A stretch of DNA of 64,000 nucleotides from Cytophagales bacterium. GTDB lineage: Bacteria; Bacteroidota; Bacteroidia; Cytophagales; JAHDFW01. The notes under the pieces are model-generated. The model ran no database searches. It had not been told where the DNA came from and saw nothing but the letters and a program-made list of their open reading frames with translations. Position 1 is the stretch's first letter. Each line of letters opens with the position of its first letter. Positions 35,197-44,811 of this stretch are shown in pieces. The position numbers and the translations under genes were made by a program. The stretch is taken from contig CBDICC010000020.1 of NCBI GenBank assembly GCA_965277185.1, positions 63,145 to 127,144 on the forward strand, in the 5' to 3' direction.

Positions 35197-35991
35197 ATGT
35201 CGTACATTGGAAAAAACATAAAGAAGCTGAGAAGTGTAAAAAAGCTTACTCAAGTTGCTTTCGGAGATATATTCGGTGTAAAAAGGGCTAATGTAGGGGC
35301 TTATGAAGAGGGGAGGGCCGAACCTAAATTTGAATTACTGATAAAAATTGCTAATTATTTTAACATTTCTACCGACGCCTTGTTAACCAAGGAGTTAACG
35401 GTAAATGATATTGCTAAATTTAATATCTTTAAGGAAGAGTATTTAGTGAAATCGATTGGGCATAATGAACCCCAAGCTATCATAAAGGATCAAACGATTG
35501 AAATGGCTTTAGTGGATCAATCAAGTATCTATGCATATATTGAATATCACAGGGACAATGCTTTTTTAGAGTCATTGCCAACTATAAAATTGCCTTTTCG
35601 AATTAATATGACCACTCGTGCGTTCGCCTATGAGTCAAATAATTTATCTTCTAATGTATTTAATCTGATCAACAACGATGTTGTGATAGGAGCGATTGTG
35701 CAACAGAAATTTTGGAAGAATATAACATTGGATCAATGTTATTTGATGATAACAAAGGATGCAGTGGTTACTCAAACAATTATAGATCAAGAGGAGAATT
35801 TCTTTGTTTTGGCAAGTGATAAGCCAGAAGAAATAAACGCAAGAATAGCAAAATTAGAAGTGGTGGAGTTATGGAAGGTTGTAGGGTATTATACTATGAA
35901 TTTAAGAACTCCAGATTCGAATGCGGATCGCCTTCAATCTTTGGAAGATAAGATTGATACAGTTCTGAAAAGACTAGATGATAGTAAATAA
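35197..35991 (+). CDS. XRE-family HTH transcriptional regulator with a C-terminal domain of unknown function
   Basis: The N-terminus 'IKKLRSVKKLTQVAFGDIFGVKRANVGAYEEGRAEPKFELLIKIANYFNISTDALL' is a Cro/C1-type HTH. 264 aa. It is divergent from the pspA-cluster, 89 bp away. Confidence 0.7.
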   Translation: MSYIGKNIKKLRSVKKLTQVAFGDIFGVKRANVGAYEEGRAEPKFELLIKIANYFNISTDALLTKELTVNDIAKFNIFKEEYLVKSIGHNEPQAIIKDQTIEMALVDQSSIYAYIEYHRDNAFLESLPTIKLPFRINMTTRAFAYESNNLSSNVFNLINNDVVIGAIVQQKFWKNITLDQCYLMITKDAVVTQTIIDQEENFFVLASDKPEEINARIAKLEVVELWKVVGYYTMNLRTPDSNADRLQSLEDKIDTVLKRLDDSK

Positions 35992-36018
35992 AGCCAATTT
36001 TTCGCTGTAGCTCCTAAG

Positions 36019-37011
36019 CTAGCAAAACACGTAATAAGAAGCACCCAGTTTTCGGAGCCGCTCCAAAATGATTTTTTGCTCTTCATCGTTAGAAACCGCA
36101 ATAAGAACTTGATGATTCGCTGTTAAGCTGTTTGGATCTTGCACAATTAGATCATAGATGTTGTGTCCAATCTTCGTTGGAGAATCCGTTACCCAGCTGA
36201 GATCACTTGTGTGTTTCTTTAATTTTTGAACCAATATTTTCCCCTTTCGTCCAGCTCCCCAAACGGCTAATTTCTTTGTTGAATCAACGTCAATTTTAAA
36301 GAAGTAGTCCAATTTTAAATCAAAAAATAATTGATCTGCGTAATTTGGATCCGTTCGTGAATTCCGAGTTGAATAGTCACGCCATTCAAGCATGACTTCG
36401 TTTGACGCAATGACCTGAAGTTGCTTTTCGTAAAATCGGAAACAAAGATCATAGTCCTCCGGATATACGTCTGGATCAAAGGCTCCACACTGGATTAAAT
36501 CCGATCGCCATACCATCCAGCAAGGAGAAGGAATTACACATTCCTTATAAATTTGAGAAAAGTTGGAGTTGGATTCGCTGAGTTGATTCAGCCATTGTTC
36601 GTAACGCGCAAAACCTCCACCTAGTTCTGCTTCCTCTGAAAAATAATGAACTTTACCAGTGCAGATAAATCCTTTGCCAGAAGATATAAGTAGTCCCGAC
36701 ATGATTTTTAGACGATTTGACGTCATTTTATCATCGGAATCCATTCGGGTGATAAGTGCTCCGGAGCTATGTGAAAAAGAAAGTCTCAAGGCAGAGATCA
36801 AATCTGAATTGGTGTTATCCCAAATTCGAATTCGCGCATCAGCAGCTGAATAATCCCCTAAAATGGCGCGAGACTCATCGGTAGATTGGTTGTTAATGGC
36901 AATAAGTTCCCAATTAGTGTAAGATTGGTCCACAATAGAATCCAAACAAGCCCGTAAATACTTCGCAGTATTTCGAACAGGCATGATGATGGAAATTAAC
37001 GGATCTTCCAA
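36019..37011 (-). CDS. family-2 glycosyltransferase (GT2)
   Basis: 'ISIIMPVRNTAKYLRACLDSIVDQSYTNWELIAINNQSTDES' is the GT-A N-terminal signature, and 'DSDD' is a DxD motif. TTG start. Confidence 0.8.
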   Translation of the reverse strand: MEDPLISIIMPVRNTAKYLRACLDSIVDQSYTNWELIAINNQSTDESRAILGDYSAADARIRIWDNTNSDLISALRLSFSHSSGALITRMDSDDKMTSNRLKIMSGLLISSGKGFICTGKVHYFSEEAELGGGFARYEQWLNQLSESNSNFSQIYKECVIPSPCWMVWRSDLIQCGAFDPDVYPEDYDLCFRFYEKQLQVIASNEVMLEWRDYSTRNSRTDPNYADQLFFDLKLDYFFKIDVDSTKKLAVWGAGRKGKILVQKLKKHTSDLSWVTDSPTKIGHNIYDLIVQDPNSLTANHQVLIAVSNDEEQKIILERLRKLGASYYVFC

Positions 37012-37072
37012 TTTTTTCTTTCTTACTTACTACTTGGTGAATGTGATTAGATTTGATTCCAATGTATTGAAT

Positions 37073-38203
37073 TTATTTTTCTATTGGTGTTTCTTTCACA
37101 AATATCAAAATTACGAATGCGATGAATGCTATACATCCTGCCAACCAGAACGTATATGGGAACATAGATGAGTCATTGCTATAAAGTAAGCTGGCGGCTA
37201 ATGAACTTACAATGATGCCTACTTCCAATGCAGAAAGCATGGTTGAGACCGCAGGTCCACGTTCATCATCAGGAGCCAAATCAATAGTCCATGCAAAGAT
37301 CGTAGGAGAGTTGATTCCAACGGAAACCCCACAGATGCAGGCAGCAGCAGCCAATGACCAATAGTCGAATGCAAATCCTGTAGCGAGCATACCAATAGAT
37401 AAAATTAACAGGCCAACCCGCAAAGTCTTTTTTCGTCCATATTTATCGGACATTTTACCTGCAAAGAATCGGGTTCCAATAGAGGATAAAACCATAAACA
37501 ACATAAACGTGCCTCTATTTTTTATGCCTAAGAAATCATGAAAATCTGGAATAATGACCAATATGGTTCCAAACGAAAAGATGGAAAACATCATCATAAG
37601 TGAAGGGAGCCAGACCCGTTTTGAATACACGTCTTTCATGGAAATTTTCAGCAATTTTGGGCTAAATTTCTGACGATTTTGAAGACTTTCCTTCATTCCT
37701 AGAACCGTGATTAGTGAAACAACCGCTAAACATGAAGAGGTGATAAACATGGCGTTAGTAGAAAAGTTAGTGGCGATAAAGCTGCCTACATAAGGTCCAG
37801 CCGCCATTCCTGTGCTTCCAGCCATTCCAAGATAGCCCAATGCTTCCCCCCTAAAATCTTTATGCACAATATCAGCAAGATAAGCGGTAGTGCCAATTGG
37901 TTTGAAGCCGGAAGAAAATCCGTGAAAATAACGAAGAAAAAGAAAAGCGGTCAAATAACCTGTGAGTGGATACAATATGCCGGCTATAATTCCTATAACC
38001 GAACCAATTACCATAACCGAAATTCGTCCAACCGTATCCGTTAAGCGACCACTTATAGGTCGAATCATTAATGCGCCCAACCCGTATAATAAGAAAATTA
38101 GCCCTTTGTATTCTGCTCCACCAAGTTCGGTGATGTATCGATTCAATTCAGGAGTAATCATACTGAAACTACCCATAAACATGATCGAGCTTAAGCAAAG
38201 CAT
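37073..38203 (-). CDS. MFS transporter
   Basis: 376 aa with 12 TM helices. MFS motif-A-like 'GRLTDTVGRISVMVIGS' and second-half 'GKMSDKYGRKKTL'. Confidence 0.8.
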   Translation of the reverse strand: MLCLSSIMFMGSFSMITPELNRYITELGGAEYKGLIFLLYGLGALMIRPISGRLTDTVGRISVMVIGSVIGIIAGILYPLTGYLTAFLFLRYFHGFSSGFKPIGTTAYLADIVHKDFRGEALGYLGMAGSTGMAAGPYVGSFIATNFSTNAMFITSSCLAVVSLITVLGMKESLQNRQKFSPKLLKISMKDVYSKRVWLPSLMMMFSIFSFGTILVIIPDFHDFLGIKNRGTFMLFMVLSSIGTRFFAGKMSDKYGRKKTLRVGLLILSIGMLATGFAFDYWSLAAAACICGVSVGINSPTIFAWTIDLAPDDERGPAVSTMLSALEVGIIVSSLAASLLYSNDSSMFPYTFWLAGCIAFIAFVILIFVKETPIEK

Positions 38204-38424
38204 CCAAAACTGTCGGTTATATATATTCTTCCCTTCGATGTGGTTTGTACAATTAATTATTTAAGTTCGTGCTCTACGAACTTTTGATTCATTTCACAGC
38301 AACAACTAAACAGGATTTTAAATTCCCTTGTTTACTTTTTAGTATGTGACGGACAGAAAGGAAGTGGTTCCAAACGATACGAGCAGACAAAGATATCAAC
38401 ATTAGCAAAGCAATACCATTTTTT

Positions 38425-39219
38425 TTGAACAGCAGTTTTTTTATTGCTATTTGTTCATTGTGTCTAACGTATGCGACGTTTGTTTCATGGGGAGTCGCTC
38501 CTGATGAACATATTTTGGTATTGGTGTTTTTTGCGACCTTGTTTATTTATAATCTGACGCGTGTATTGCCATTACTACTTGACAAAAAATCGTTGCTTAA
38601 TCAAAATGATTGGTTTGGTGAAAATCGATCTTTCACGGTAGTTCTAACTATTTTTTCGGGTTTCGTAGTTTGTTGGGAAGGGTGGAATTTAAGTTGGGAT
38701 TGCATATTCTTTTTGGTGCATTTAGGAGTTATATCTGCGCTTTATTCCTTGCCAATGGGATGGATTGGAATGAAGCCACTTCGCGACCTTCCCTATTTGA
38801 AAATATTTTTGATTGCGTATGTATGGGGAGCGGTCAGTGTAGGATTGCCAGGCGTGAGTTTGGGATATGAATTCTTTGATTCAAAAGTACTCCGCACAGT
38901 AATAGAGATTACTTTTTTTATTTTTGCGATCACCGTTCCTTTTGATATTCGGGATGTACGTTCCGATCAAAACCAATCCTTGAAAACATTACCACATACA
39001 GTAGGGCTCAAAAATGCCTTGTTACTAGCCACAGTCATTTTGTGTGTTTCTTCTGGAATTTCAGTTTACAGCAGACCAGAAAAGTGGTTGCCTGAATTGC
39101 TGTTCTTTTTAGTAACCGTTGGATTAATCAATTACAGTTCATCCGAGAGACCCAATTGGTATTATTTGGGGTTAATAGACGGCACCATCATTTTGAAAAG
39201 CGTAGTAATCTGGATCTAA
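38425..39219 (+). CDS. polytopic membrane protein (possible UbiA-like prenyltransferase fold), hypothetical
   Basis: 264 aa with about 8 TM helices. 'TVPFDIRDVRSDQ' resembles the second Asp-rich motif of the UbiA superfamily, but the first NDxxDxxxD motif is not clear. TTG start. Confidence 0.35.
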   Translation: MNSSFFIAICSLCLTYATFVSWGVAPDEHILVLVFFATLFIYNLTRVLPLLLDKKSLLNQNDWFGENRSFTVVLTIFSGFVVCWEGWNLSWDCIFFLVHLGVISALYSLPMGWIGMKPLRDLPYLKIFLIAYVWGAVSVGLPGVSLGYEFFDSKVLRTVIEITFFIFAITVPFDIRDVRSDQNQSLKTLPHTVGLKNALLLATVILCVSSGISVYSRPEKWLPELLFFLVTVGLINYSSSERPNWYYLGLIDGTIILKSVVIWI

Positions 39220-39225
39220 GAATCA

Positions 39226-39313
39226 AAAATCAAGAATCAAAAATCAAGAATCAAAAACCAAGAATCAAAAACCAAGAACCAAAAACCAAAAACCAAAAAC
39301 CAAAACCCCCAGC
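39226..39313. repeat. heptanucleotide microsatellite (AARAAYC)n, about 13 units
   Basis: The units read aagaatc aaaaatc aagaatc aaaaatc aagaatc aaaaacc aagaatc aaaaacc aagaacc (aaaaacc)x3. The tract starts 6 nt after the stop of 38425..39219 and ends 7 nt before the stop of the convergent 39321..40715 gene. Confidence 0.8.
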
Positions 39314-39320
39314 TTTCAAC

Positions 39321-40715
39321 CTAATCTTCTTTGTTTCCAATCTCTTTTACCATTCGAAATGAAACAACTGCTAAAATGATTCCAATCCCTCCAAGGACAC
39401 TCCAAAGTACATAGGGGTCTGATAGAAAGGACTTCTCTTCTTCTTTGACCACTGGTAGACTGTTAGCAGGGATTAAATTCTTAATAGGTCCATGTTTCAC
39501 CGTCGCAATATCCTCCGGAATGTTGGTTCGAAAATAGGTTAAATCATATTTTGGAACCTCCGCTTCATTATCGCTAAACTTCAACGTGTATTGGCCCTGT
39601 GGATTTAAATCTGCAATCAGATAATGTTTCAGAAACGAACCAGTTACTTTTTTGATTTGCAGTGGTTGATCATCATTATTCTGTACTTCAAAATACAACG
39701 TCTTTACTCTTCTGCCTTGCAGATTGAGTTCAAACTCATTAATGCTATTGGAATTGAACTCAAACGATTTGATGTTCTGCCTATAAGTCTTGACCTTTTT
39801 CTTTTTGTCAAAATAGGAATCTTCAATTTGAACCACGCCACTACGTAAATAATAATCAGCTCCTTCTATGTCAAATTGGAGTTTTTCAATGTAGCGTTCC
39901 TGAGGAAACTCAACTTTTAAATAGGTGACTTTGTTGCTGTCTTTTTGCTCGACATTGGCCGCTTCAAATTCATGTCTCTGACCACGTCGTTGTTTGTAAT
40001 CGAAAAATCCAACTTTTTGAATATCAATCGGTAACCTCCAATAGTCGTTCAGTTCCAGTCGAAAATATTCGTAGTTGCTTAGCGGGAAACCAAGAATGTT
40101 GAGTTCGGAAGTTTCGTTTCTACTATACATAGAATGAAGCAGGTAGTCATTTTTAATCACAAACCAGTTTTCTTTATCGTCGCTCCCGCTTAACCGGGCT
40201 CGTTTTCGAACATCCGTATTACGGACTAAAAAGTTGATATTGTCCACCTCATCCCGATTTGGATTATGAAAAATCAAGTAGGAAACTCCATCTTCTACAT
40301 AGTGTTTTTCAATGATTTCATACTCTTTGAACAACCTTGTGGTCTCAAATGGATTTTCATGGTCCATCAAATAAGGAATTTGTTTATTTGATTGATCATA
40401 AATTCGAATGTCCGTCTTGTTTCTTCGGAGCTGTCCAAGAATTTCGGGTGATAAAACAATTTTATGGAACCCGGTATAATTTACTTTGTCAAGCTTCGCC
40501 ATTTTACGAAACCCTTTAATTTCGGGTTGCTCCATTTCTGTATTAGAAGGCTGTGCTAAAAGAGTAGAACTTAAGCCAGTACTGACCAAAGTCAGTACTG
40601 GAATAAGCCATGTCTTAAACAAGAAGCGAAATGCATCGCTTCTTGTTTTATGATTTACCTTAGATTTAGATTTACAATTATATTTCATCACTTTCATCTT
40701 TATCTGTTTCAGCAT
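39321..40715 (-). CDS. DUF3999-like secreted protein with a C-terminal TM anchor (hypothetical)
   Basis: 464 aa with an N-terminal signal peptide ('LIPVLTLVSTGLSSTLLAQ'). The body is beta-rich and ends in a TM helix plus a charged tail ('VLWSVLGGIGIILAVVSFRMVKEIGNKED'). It overlaps the upstream DUF2339-like gene. Confidence 0.45.
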   Translation of the reverse strand: MLKQIKMKVMKYNCKSKSKVNHKTRSDAFRFLFKTWLIPVLTLVSTGLSSTLLAQPSNTEMEQPEIKGFRKMAKLDKVNYTGFHKIVLSPEILGQLRRNKTDIRIYDQSNKQIPYLMDHENPFETTRLFKEYEIIEKHYVEDGVSYLIFHNPNRDEVDNINFLVRNTDVRKRARLSGSDDKENWFVIKNDYLLHSMYSRNETSELNILGFPLSNYEYFRLELNDYWRLPIDIQKVGFFDYKQRRGQRHEFEAANVEQKDSNKVTYLKVEFPQERYIEKLQFDIEGADYYLRSGVVQIEDSYFDKKKKVKTYRQNIKSFEFNSNSINEFELNLQGRRVKTLYFEVQNNDDQPLQIKKVTGSFLKHYLIADLNPQGQYTLKFSDNEAEVPKYDLTYFRTNIPEDIATVKHGPIKNLIPANSLPVVKEEEKSFLSDPYVLWSVLGGIGIILAVVSFRMVKEIGNKED

Positions 40716-43479
40716 TCGTGTCCGTATTTGGATCTACATTTGTGTCTTTATCATTTTGAACTGTAGCATCCGATTCAATCAAATCTGAATTTCCATTTAT
40801 TAATTCTTGTTTATCTGTTAGTCCGTCAGACTCAACAATGGCTTCCTTGTCATCATCCTGAACAATAAACTTCAGTTTTTGATATAGGAATGAGACTACA
40901 AGTAAAATTACTCCTAATGATATCATGGCAATTACTCTACCCGTATCATTGTCTTTTAAATCCCAGAACCCTAGTTTTACCAAAGTAACAAAGAACAATA
41001 CCAATGCCGAAAGACGAAGCGTTTTAATTTTGTGCTTCATACCAAATGCCATGAAAACAAATGCCGAAACTCCCCAAATGATTGGATAAAAAGTTTTGAC
41101 CGCCATTCGATGAATTGCATGGATTCCTTGATCAATTGATCCTGCTTCGAATTGATTCATTATAACCAAATGAGTCACTTCTGTACTGGCAACAGCTACG
41201 GATATTAGGGTCAAAAACCATAGAGATAATTTCCCTCCAATTGATTTAAACGTGTACGTTTTGTAGATGTATAGATATTGGAAAACGACAATGCCAATAA
41301 ACAAAGCAAACAAAACATAGTGCCACATGAATCCAGACAAATCAACTTCATTTATTGTAAGAAAGTCATTTCTCGTGAGTTTAATGAAATAGAAATAGTA
41401 AGTCAAATAAGCAATAATGGCAGGGAAACGAAGAATAAATAGAAAATTGTTAAACGTATTACGCTTAATGACTTGTCCATACGCCGAAAGTCCTGCTAGG
41501 AACCCAAAATGAAATACCCCTAGGATTATGGCCTTTTTTGCTTCGGCAATATCATAGGAAAGTAATTGATAATTCAATTCAAGGAAAATTCCTAAATACA
41601 TGATGAGAATCGTAATTATTTTCAATAAAATCCCATAGTGCTCAGTAATGATACCCATGAACGTTTCCTTATTCGCCTTTTGTATTAATACATTGCTAGC
41701 GATCAGTGATCCTATGGAAACAATGGTGGTAACAAATACTTTGTTTAATACTGGATTTAGAACAAAATCTGTGCTTTGATATCCTAAATAGTATTTATAC
41801 CAATCCATGCCTAAGCTAATAAGCATTAACCCACCAATAAGCGAAGAGGCACCTTCTATTAATTTGATTTTGGACTTTTGCCCCAGCCACAATAACAATA
41901 CAGCTTCAATTGCCCAGAATAAGGTGATTTGATTTCCGTCTAGTTGGATCGGTGCGATTAAACTTGCAAAAGTTAGAACCATCCCAATCAACATGTAAAG
42001 GAGGTTTTTGTCAATGTTTTTGCGTTTGTACAGCACAAACACAAAGATCACATTGAACACCGCAATAAGCGCAGTGAATAATCCTTTCAACGGAGCGGCT
42101 TCATATCCATGTAGGAGAGAGAGACCCAGTCCAAAATATATAGCCGAGTTACTTAAGAGTAAACTCACTTCAATAAAACCGAATTTTCGATTGTTCCGAA
42201 CATTGTACAGAATGGACATCAAATGAAAGATTAAATAGAATCCTGTTAAGAATAAGAAGAACCCCATTCGATCGGGAGTGTCGTTTTCTACAAATCGAGT
42301 AGTAAACATATATGCGTAAAGTGCATATGTAAAAATATACGTGATGTAATTAATGAGGTTCCACTTCTTAAAGTAAACAAGAAGCAACATGCCAATGTCA
42401 AGAATTAGAACGTACGCAAAAAGATCAATGTGACTTCCGGTTCCGTCACTGACAATAACAGGCGTAATAAATCCTCCGATCAATGCGATAACAGCAAGTT
42501 CAATTCGATTGTAGGCGAGAGATAAAACAATTCCAAATCCAGTGACAATGGTCATTAGTATAAATGGGATGGTTTTATTGCCAAACAAGTCATATTCCTT
42601 GTGTGCCAATCCGATGGTGAAATATAGCGTAGCAATTCCACCACCGATCAATACGGAGCTAAATGCCGCATAAGATTTTCGTAGATAATGCGCCAATCCA
42701 ATTAGGGCTCCACCGGTAACTAATCCGATGATCACACGCATTTGTTCATTGATTACGCCATGGTCGATTCCTAGTTTCACCAAATAGGCAATTCCAAGCA
42801 CGAATATGCCAATCCCTATTTTACTAATAAGGTTTTCTCCAATGAATTTTTCCATGTCTGGATTTCGTTCCCAAAAACCAGGTTTTTTCTCCTTTGGCTT
42901 ATTTGCCGGCGCCGCTTTTTTAGGAGGCGAAGTAGGAGTGCTTGGATTTTGAGTTTGTGGCGTTTCAAACACCGGAGTACTTACTGGTTTAACGTTGGAC
43001 GCATGAGATTTGGATTTGATGGCTTCTTTTGCTGCTTTTTCCTTATCTACGCGTTCTTGTTCAATTTTAGCTTTTGCCAATTGAATTTTACGTTGTTTCT
43101 CCGCTTCTATAGTTAATGCAAGTCGTTGTTCTTGCTCAATTTCTTCAGGTGTCTTTTCGACTGGTTTTAAAGGATCAATACCAACATGTATTGGTGTTGG
43201 AGTAGGTAAGGACTCTTTTATCGGATCTGGAACGGGTTCCGTTTTTTGTGGTTCCGGAGGGATCGATTGTGTTGTTTGACGATCCGGTTGGCTTGAGGCT
43301 GACTTTTGTTGCGCAAGCCAGTTTATTTGTTTTTCCAATGCCGATTTACTATCAATAACCCGTTTATTAAGGTCATTCATTTTCTTATCGACGGTGGAGA
43401 CTTTCGACTGAATGTTGGCAATCATAATAATAAGTATGACCAGTCCGACAATCAGAAAAAATATGATTATTCCTTCCAT
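40678..43479 (-). CDS. DUF2339-like large polytopic membrane protein (933 aa)
   Basis: An N-terminal TM helix is followed by a coiled coil, a Pro/Thr/Lys-rich linker ('PEPQKTEPVPDPIKESLPTPTP...'), a second coiled coil, then 'KKPGFWERNPDMEKFIGENLISKIGIGIFVLGIAYLV' and roughly 20 further TM helices. An acidic Asp/Thr-rich C-terminal tail completes it. ATG start. Confidence 0.55.
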   Translation of the reverse strand: MEGIIIFFLIVGLVILIIMIANIQSKVSTVDKKMNDLNKRVIDSKSALEKQINWLAQQKSASSQPDRQTTQSIPPEPQKTEPVPDPIKESLPTPTPIHVGIDPLKPVEKTPEEIEQEQRLALTIEAEKQRKIQLAKAKIEQERVDKEKAAKEAIKSKSHASNVKPVSTPVFETPQTQNPSTPTSPPKKAAPANKPKEKKPGFWERNPDMEKFIGENLISKIGIGIFVLGIAYLVKLGIDHGVINEQMRVIIGLVTGGALIGLAHYLRKSYAAFSSVLIGGGIATLYFTIGLAHKEYDLFGNKTIPFILMTIVTGFGIVLSLAYNRIELAVIALIGGFITPVIVSDGTGSHIDLFAYVLILDIGMLLLVYFKKWNLINYITYIFTYALYAYMFTTRFVENDTPDRMGFFLFLTGFYLIFHLMSILYNVRNNRKFGFIEVSLLLSNSAIYFGLGLSLLHGYEAAPLKGLFTALIAVFNVIFVFVLYKRKNIDKNLLYMLIGMVLTFASLIAPIQLDGNQITLFWAIEAVLLLWLGQKSKIKLIEGASSLIGGLMLISLGMDWYKYYLGYQSTDFVLNPVLNKVFVTTIVSIGSLIASNVLIQKANKETFMGIITEHYGILLKIITILIMYLGIFLELNYQLLSYDIAEAKKAIILGVFHFGFLAGLSAYGQVIKRNTFNNFLFILRFPAIIAYLTYYFYFIKLTRNDFLTINEVDLSGFMWHYVLFALFIGIVVFQYLYIYKTYTFKSIGGKLSLWFLTLISVAVASTEVTHLVIMNQFEAGSIDQGIHAIHRMAVKTFYPIIWGVSAFVFMAFGMKHKIKTLRLSALVLFFVTLVKLGFWDLKDNDTGRVIAMISLGVILLVVSFLYQKLKFIVQDDDKEAIVESDGLTDKQELINGNSDLIESDATVQNDKDTNVDPNTDTNAETDKDESDEI

Positions 43480-43721
43480 AGTATCTAATGTGTGGTGTAG
43501 ATTAAATTAAATCTTTTAACTGTGTTGGTTGTGTGAGCGGAATTCAAAACACGCAATTTTTACAATCTGTATAAAGGTAGAAACTCAACTTGAATTTCAT
43601 AATGGTAATCCAAACTTAATGGATCAGTACAGAAAGTAAAATCCAATGTTTATAAATTACGGACTTTACTAAATAGTCTGTTTGATTGTAAATGTGATTT
43701 TGCTCACGTGATAGGGTGTGT

Positions 43722-44747
43722 CTACGGACTTTTGTTCCGAGGAGAACGAATGGAATCGGCGCTGGATAGGAATGCCTGAATTTCTTCTTTCCATTCTTTT
43801 TCGTATTTGAATAAATAACTTTCGTGACCCGAACGGGCAAATGTGACCTGCTTTTTCGGCCCTTTGAGGTGTTTATATATTAAGTCAATTTCTGCCTGTG
43901 ACACATAGGGATCTGATCCTCCCGTCATTAATAAAGTCTTGCATTTGACATTCCTGGCATAGCGCTCCGGAGAAAATGAAAATCCCCAATATCCATTTTG
44001 AACGCCTCCCCAGAAAACAAGCATGGCCGCAAGTGGAACCGGAGGTACTTTTATCTTTTTAAATCGAGCCTGAACCGTTTTATACATGGTGCCAAATGGA
44101 CACTCAAGCATTATTCCTTTTGGACGAACCGACTTGGGATGATCATGAATTGATTTTAAAATGGCGGCAGCACCCATCGAAGATCCAAACAGCCAAATGT
44201 TTTTGGCGCCTAATTGATTTTGAGCAAAAGAATAACAATCCCTTACTTGTTGAGCTTCTTGAAATCCAAGTGTGGTACGATTCCCTTCAGAGGCTCCCGC
44301 ACCCATGAAATCAACTAATAATACCTTATAATTTAGCCCGAGGAAATGACGCGCTTTTCGGAGCATTCCCGTTTTCTCCCCACCATAACCATGAAACATG
44401 ATGATGGTTCCCAACGGGTTTCTCATCCGTTGATAGGGATTTCTTTTGGCTGCGTGGGGTATTAAGTGCCAAGCATCCAATAATACTTGACTTGGAATTT
44501 TGTATCGTTTTCCTAGTTTGGAGGGGAGCGTAGTTTTGTTTTTTGGACGGGGTAACGAAACACCCGTGATAAGTACCTGAGCCTTTTGTCTGAATGACAA
44601 TGCTTCGGGTTTCCCGGTTTTGGAAACATTAGAGTCTTTGAAGTGTGTAAAGTGGTATGCGTGTAGATTGGTAGCTATATTTACCAAGACAAACACTGCA
44701 AGCACAATCCACCCAAGACGCTTTATTGCACGTTTTCTCTTCCCCAT
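43722..44747 (-). CDS. alpha/beta-fold hydrolase (membrane-anchored)
   Basis: 341 aa with an N-terminal TM helix. 'IIMFHGYGGEK' and the nucleophile elbow 'LFGSSMGAAA' (GxSxG), with Asp/His downstream. Confidence 0.75.
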   Translation of the reverse strand: MGKRKRAIKRLGWIVLAVFVLVNIATNLHAYHFTHFKDSNVSKTGKPEALSFRQKAQVLITGVSLPRPKNKTTLPSKLGKRYKIPSQVLLDAWHLIPHAAKRNPYQRMRNPLGTIIMFHGYGGEKTGMLRKARHFLGLNYKVLLVDFMGAGASEGNRTTLGFQEAQQVRDCYSFAQNQLGAKNIWLFGSSMGAAAILKSIHDHPKSVRPKGIMLECPFGTMYKTVQARFKKIKVPPVPLAAMLVFWGGVQNGYWGFSFSPERYARNVKCKTLLMTGGSDPYVSQAEIDLIYKHLKGPKKQVTFARSGHESYLFKYEKEWKEEIQAFLSSADSIRSPRNKSP

Positions 44748-44811
44748 TGGGACTAAAACGAAGGTTTGTGTATTTTCGTCTATTCTTATTTCAAATAAAC
44801 AAAAAATATCA

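Noticed and set aside
38235-38262. 7-bp hairpin aagttcg/cgaactt upstream of the MFS gene
   Set aside because: The stem is short and no gene ends nearby. It cannot be told apart from chance, so I did not call it a regulatory site.
39156-39362. 68-aa plus-strand ORF encoding 'KNQESKIKNQKPRIKNQEPKTKNQKPKPP'
   Set aside because: It is a translation of the heptamer microsatellite lying between two convergent genes. The periodic peptide is an artefact of the DNA repeat.
43616-43840. 74-aa minus-strand ORF overlapping the 3' end of the alpha/beta hydrolase gene
   Set aside because: It overlaps a well-supported CDS in another frame, is Lys/Arg-rich with low complexity, and lies partly in the intergenic region.
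44620-44811. N-terminal 64-aa extension of the DinB-family ORF
   Set aside because: The extension overlaps the alpha/beta hydrolase gene on the opposite strand and lacks DinB homology. The internal ATG at 44812 gives a canonical ~154-aa DinB_2 protein.
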